A DNA stretch of 60,525 bases, from positions 1-60,525 of IMG/VR virus record IMGVR_UViG_3300044764_000010; one strand, written 5' to 3'. The notes beneath the pieces were generated by a model. It was not told where the DNA came from. It did no database searches and was given only the letters and a program-made list of their open reading frames with translations. A program made the position numbers and the translations under genes. Of this stretch, positions 58,388-60,525 are shown in pieces. Within the stretch, counting starts at the first letter, position 1, and every line of letters begins with the position of its first letter. The DNA comes from a virus.

Positions 58388-58416
58388 TTGTATCCCCCCG
58401 GTATGGGGGGTAAGAT
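58388..58416 (+). promoter_or_regulatory. canonical dyad-spacer promoter (TTGTAT-C6-GGTAT-G6-TAAGAT)
   Basis: Divergent from the minus-strand gene that starts at 58373. The leader carries gaggag before the TTG at 58458. Confidence 0.7.
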
Positions 58417-58457
58417 GGGGCGAGTCTATCCGATCAGGCTCAACCCGAGGAGCGACC

Positions 58458-58967
58458 TTGCTGCCCGTCATCACCATCGGATTATCCGAACCCGCCAAAG
58501 AAGTAGCTGCCAGTATCGCGGACGGCCGCGGGCTCTGGCACTTCACGACCATCGAGGACGCCCATTGGGCCCTCGAGGACGGGGCCGACCGGGAAGACCC
58601 CATCGCCGCGTTCGACGCGCTCGCCGACGACAACCCGCAGGCCGTCACCTGGTTCTGCCACATCGTCTACGGCGAGGGCATGTTCGGCGAGGTGCTCACC
58701 AAGCAGCCCGCCCTACTCGCCCACAAGGGCACCACCATCGTGCTGGTCGACTCCCTCGGCGACGACCCCGGCACCGTGCGCCGCGTGCGCGACGGCGTCC
58801 CCGAGCCGGTCGAGGACAAGCGCGAACTCTGGTCCGCCATCCCGCGGCTCGGCGCCAAGGCCGTCGGTGCCTGCGACGTGCTCGACCTCGCAGGGCAAGC
58901 CGGCCTCACCGGGCTGATGGGGCAGGCCGAGGCCGACCTCGCGGCGATCTCGCTACAGGAGGGCTGA
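58458..58967 (+). CDS. hypothetical protein (169 aa)
   Basis: TTG after gaggag. Confidence 0.65.
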   Translation: MLPVITIGLSEPAKEVAASIADGRGLWHFTTIEDAHWALEDGADREDPIAAFDALADDNPQAVTWFCHIVYGEGMFGEVLTKQPALLAHKGTTIVLVDSLGDDPGTVRRVRDGVPEPVEDKRELWSAIPRLGAKAVGACDVLDLAGQAGLTGLMGQAEADLAAISLQEG

Positions 58968-58970
58968 CTC

Positions 58971-59354
58971 GTGGATGAACGCACCGTGTTTGTCGAGTTC
59001 GGCGCACCCATCGCCATCGGCCTCGTGGCAACGCTCCTCGCGTGGGTGATCCTGCGGTACTGGCCCCGTGGACGGGAGCGGCCCGTGAGGTTCGTCCACA
59101 TCGTCCGAGACCTCAATGACCGGGAGATCGGCCGTTACGAGGTCTCGTGCCGGAACGTGGCCGAGGCTCTCGCCGCCGAGTTTCAGATCCGCATTGGCAC
59201 CGAGACCGCGGTACGCCTCAAGCCGGCCGACGTTCTCGCCGAGGTCGAGGCCGACCAGAACGAACAGGGCGGTAAGCCGAGCCTCCGTGAACAGGTCCGG
59301 CTCAATCGCGAGCGGGCCGCCGTTGACCAGAAGTACGGGCGGGTCAAGCGGTGA
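58971..59354 (+). CDS. membrane-anchored hypothetical protein (127 aa)
   Basis: GTG start. N-terminal TM helix. Confidence 0.6.
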   Translation: MDERTVFVEFGAPIAIGLVATLLAWVILRYWPRGRERPVRFVHIVRDLNDREIGRYEVSCRNVAEALAAEFQIRIGTETAVRLKPADVLAEVEADQNEQGGKPSLREQVRLNRERAAVDQKYGRVKR

Positions 59355-59830
59355 CCGCGCGCGAGGGGTGGAACGTCCACGGGTGGTGGATCGGCGATGC
59401 GGCCAACGAGGTCAAGTCGCAGGCGCCGGCCAAAGCACGTTGCGGTGGCCCGAGCATGTGCCGTTGCGGCCGCATCGTGACCCGCACCGTGACGGCCTGC
59501 GAGTTCCCGACCACCACGTGCAAGTTCTGCAAGGAGCCGATCGTGTGGGCCGAGACGCAGCCCAACCCGAACGCGCGTACTCCTGAGAAAAAGCTCGAGG
59601 TCAAGCTCGTTCCAATGGACGCCGAGCCGGTGGACTTCGGGGTGGTGATCTTGACGGCCAACCCGAACGGTGGCCGGCCGCTGTACGGCGAGATGCGCAC
59701 AAGGAACGCGGCCGCCGGCTATCGAGCGGCAGGCAAGAAGACGTACCAGAAGCACGTGAAGACGTGCACTCAGGTGGCGAAATGGCCCAAGGGCGCATTC
59801 ATCACCAAGGCCAGGGAGAGGAAAGCATGA
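59351..59830 (+). CDS. zinc-ribbon protein (159 aa)
   Basis: GTGA overlap. Contains CRCG...CKFCKEPIVWAE. Confidence 0.65.
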   Translation: MTAREGWNVHGWWIGDAANEVKSQAPAKARCGGPSMCRCGRIVTRTVTACEFPTTTCKFCKEPIVWAETQPNPNARTPEKKLEVKLVPMDAEPVDFGVVILTANPNGGRPLYGEMRTRNAAAGYRAAGKKTYQKHVKTCTQVAKWPKGAFITKARERKA

Positions 59831-60345
59831 ACGACAAGGAGAGGCCCGAGGTAGCCGAGTTCCTCGGGCTCATCCCGCCGGCCGTGCCGCGCGGTCTCGA
59901 GCGCGGGCCCAAGCCAGACGAGGTCATCATCGATGACGCCGTGCCGCGCCCGGCGTTCTCGGCCAAGGAGTTCAACCGCGTGGTGAACCTGCACTTGGGG
60001 CCGCACGGCCGGCCCAAGCCGATGTTCACTCCCGAACAGCGTGAGCGGTTCCAGCGCGACATAAGCGCAGCGGGGACCAACCTCGCCGAGGGCCTCGATC
60101 TGTTCCGTGCCAGCATCGCCACGCACGCGGAAACCCGGGCGCGGTTCGGCCTGCCGCCTACCCCGCGGCTCACGTGGCGCACGATGATGCGCCGGCGCCG
60201 AGGTGGTGTCGAGTTCCGCGAGGACTTCGGGCAGCTCGCGTTGTACCTCGAGCCGCGCGACTGGTGGATCGGCTACTACCGCGGGTCCTCGCACCACTAC
60301 GTGTGCGTGCTGCCCTGCCTCGTGATCCGGTGGAACCGACGATGA
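59827..60345 (+). CDS. hypothetical protein (172 aa)
   Basis: ATGA overlap. Confidence 0.7.
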   Translation: MNDKERPEVAEFLGLIPPAVPRGLERGPKPDEVIIDDAVPRPAFSAKEFNRVVNLHLGPHGRPKPMFTPEQRERFQRDISAAGTNLAEGLDLFRASIATHAETRARFGLPPTPRLTWRTMMRRRRGGVEFREDFGQLALYLEPRDWWIGYYRGSSHHYVCVLPCLVIRWNRR

Positions 60346-60525
60346 GCGACTACAGCACCGAGGACGAGGTCACCGCATTCCACGAGGTGTCGCACGCAGT
60401 GGGGTTCCGTGAGGCCGGCCTCACGGTGGGCCGGCTCGAGATCTACAAGTTCTGGGGTGGCGGCGTCTGCCGAGTCAAAGAGCAGTACTTCACCGAGGTC
60501 CAGCTTCGCGGGTGGCTCATCGGGA
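60342..60525 (+). CDS. FtsH/M41-like zinc metalloprotease domain protein, 5' part (continues at 128-366 after the overlap)
   Basis: ATGA overlap. MSDYSTEDEVTAFHEVSHAVGFREAG... Confidence 0.7.
   Translation, partial: MSDYSTEDEVTAFHEVSHAVGFREAGLTVGRLEIYKFWGGGVCRVKEQYFTEVQLRGWLIG
60399..60525. repeat. second copy of the 127-bp terminal overlap
   Basis: Identical to 1-127. Confidence 0.9.

Noticed and set aside
840-58416. The C6-N5-G6 hairpins as a CRISPR array or as a dispersed REP/MITE-type mobile repeat.
   Set aside because: The copies are kilobases apart with no regular spacing, are only 17 bp long, have no flanking target duplications, and are always framed by -35 and -10 boxes facing a gene.
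840-58416. G-quadruplex or i-motif formation by the G6/C6 runs.
   Set aside because: Each site has a single G-run and a single C-run on a strand. Intramolecular quadruplexes need four runs.
1-60525. A lysogeny module (integrase, excisionase, attP, ParAB).
   Set aside because: No ORF shows tyrosine- or serine-recombinase or ParA/ParB hallmarks. Absence is judged by eye only and should be confirmed with profile searches.

Overview
The window is one complete, high-GC tailed-phage genome of about 60.4 kb. It looks like a siphovirus, and its gene content and signals fit an Actinomycetota host. It was assembled as a circle: bases 1-127 recur exactly at 60399-60525, giving a unit length of 60,398 bp, and the junction falls inside a gene. 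I call about 100 protein genes. All but nine are on the + strand, and dozens are chained by ATGA/GTGA/TGATG start-stop overlaps. Minus-strand islands lie at 16.2-17.6 kb, 38.7-42.1 kb and 58.0-58.4 kb.

Morphogenesis genes are split into four blocks:
- portal-MuF fusion and prohead protease (50.3-56.2 kb)
- two capsid-fold genes, neck, chaperone, tape measure and minor tail genes (3.7-16.5 kb)
- GH25 endolysin, holin, RusA and three tail-fibre-type genes, one with an SGNH esterase domain (26.6-32.1 kb)
- small and large terminase (32.8-35.2 kb)

Other recognisable genes are ERF recombinase, SSB, a wHTH replication initiator plus DnaB-like helicase, two WhiB-like proteins, two HNH endonucleases, a YdjM-like membrane hydrolase, DUF1360, a P-loop kinase-like protein and a standalone HExxH protease domain. 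I saw no tRNA, CRISPR array, integrase or partition genes.

The most notable observations are:
1. A family of 11 canonical and about 7 degenerate promoters whose 17-bp spacer is an invariant C6-N5-G6 dyad. Many of them sit exactly where a leaderless mRNA would start.
2. A minus-strand TraB/FtsK-type translocase operon with a DUF2637 membrane protein, next to a cluster of GTCTCAGG/CCTGAGAC octamers and an orphan promoter.
3. In the head module, an Acb2-like small protein and a 2H-phosphoesterase-like domain fused to the prohead protease.
4. A CCCTTTC site where a -1 shift would join the protease to a start-less downstream ORF.

Functional calls come from motif recognition by eye. No database search was possible.
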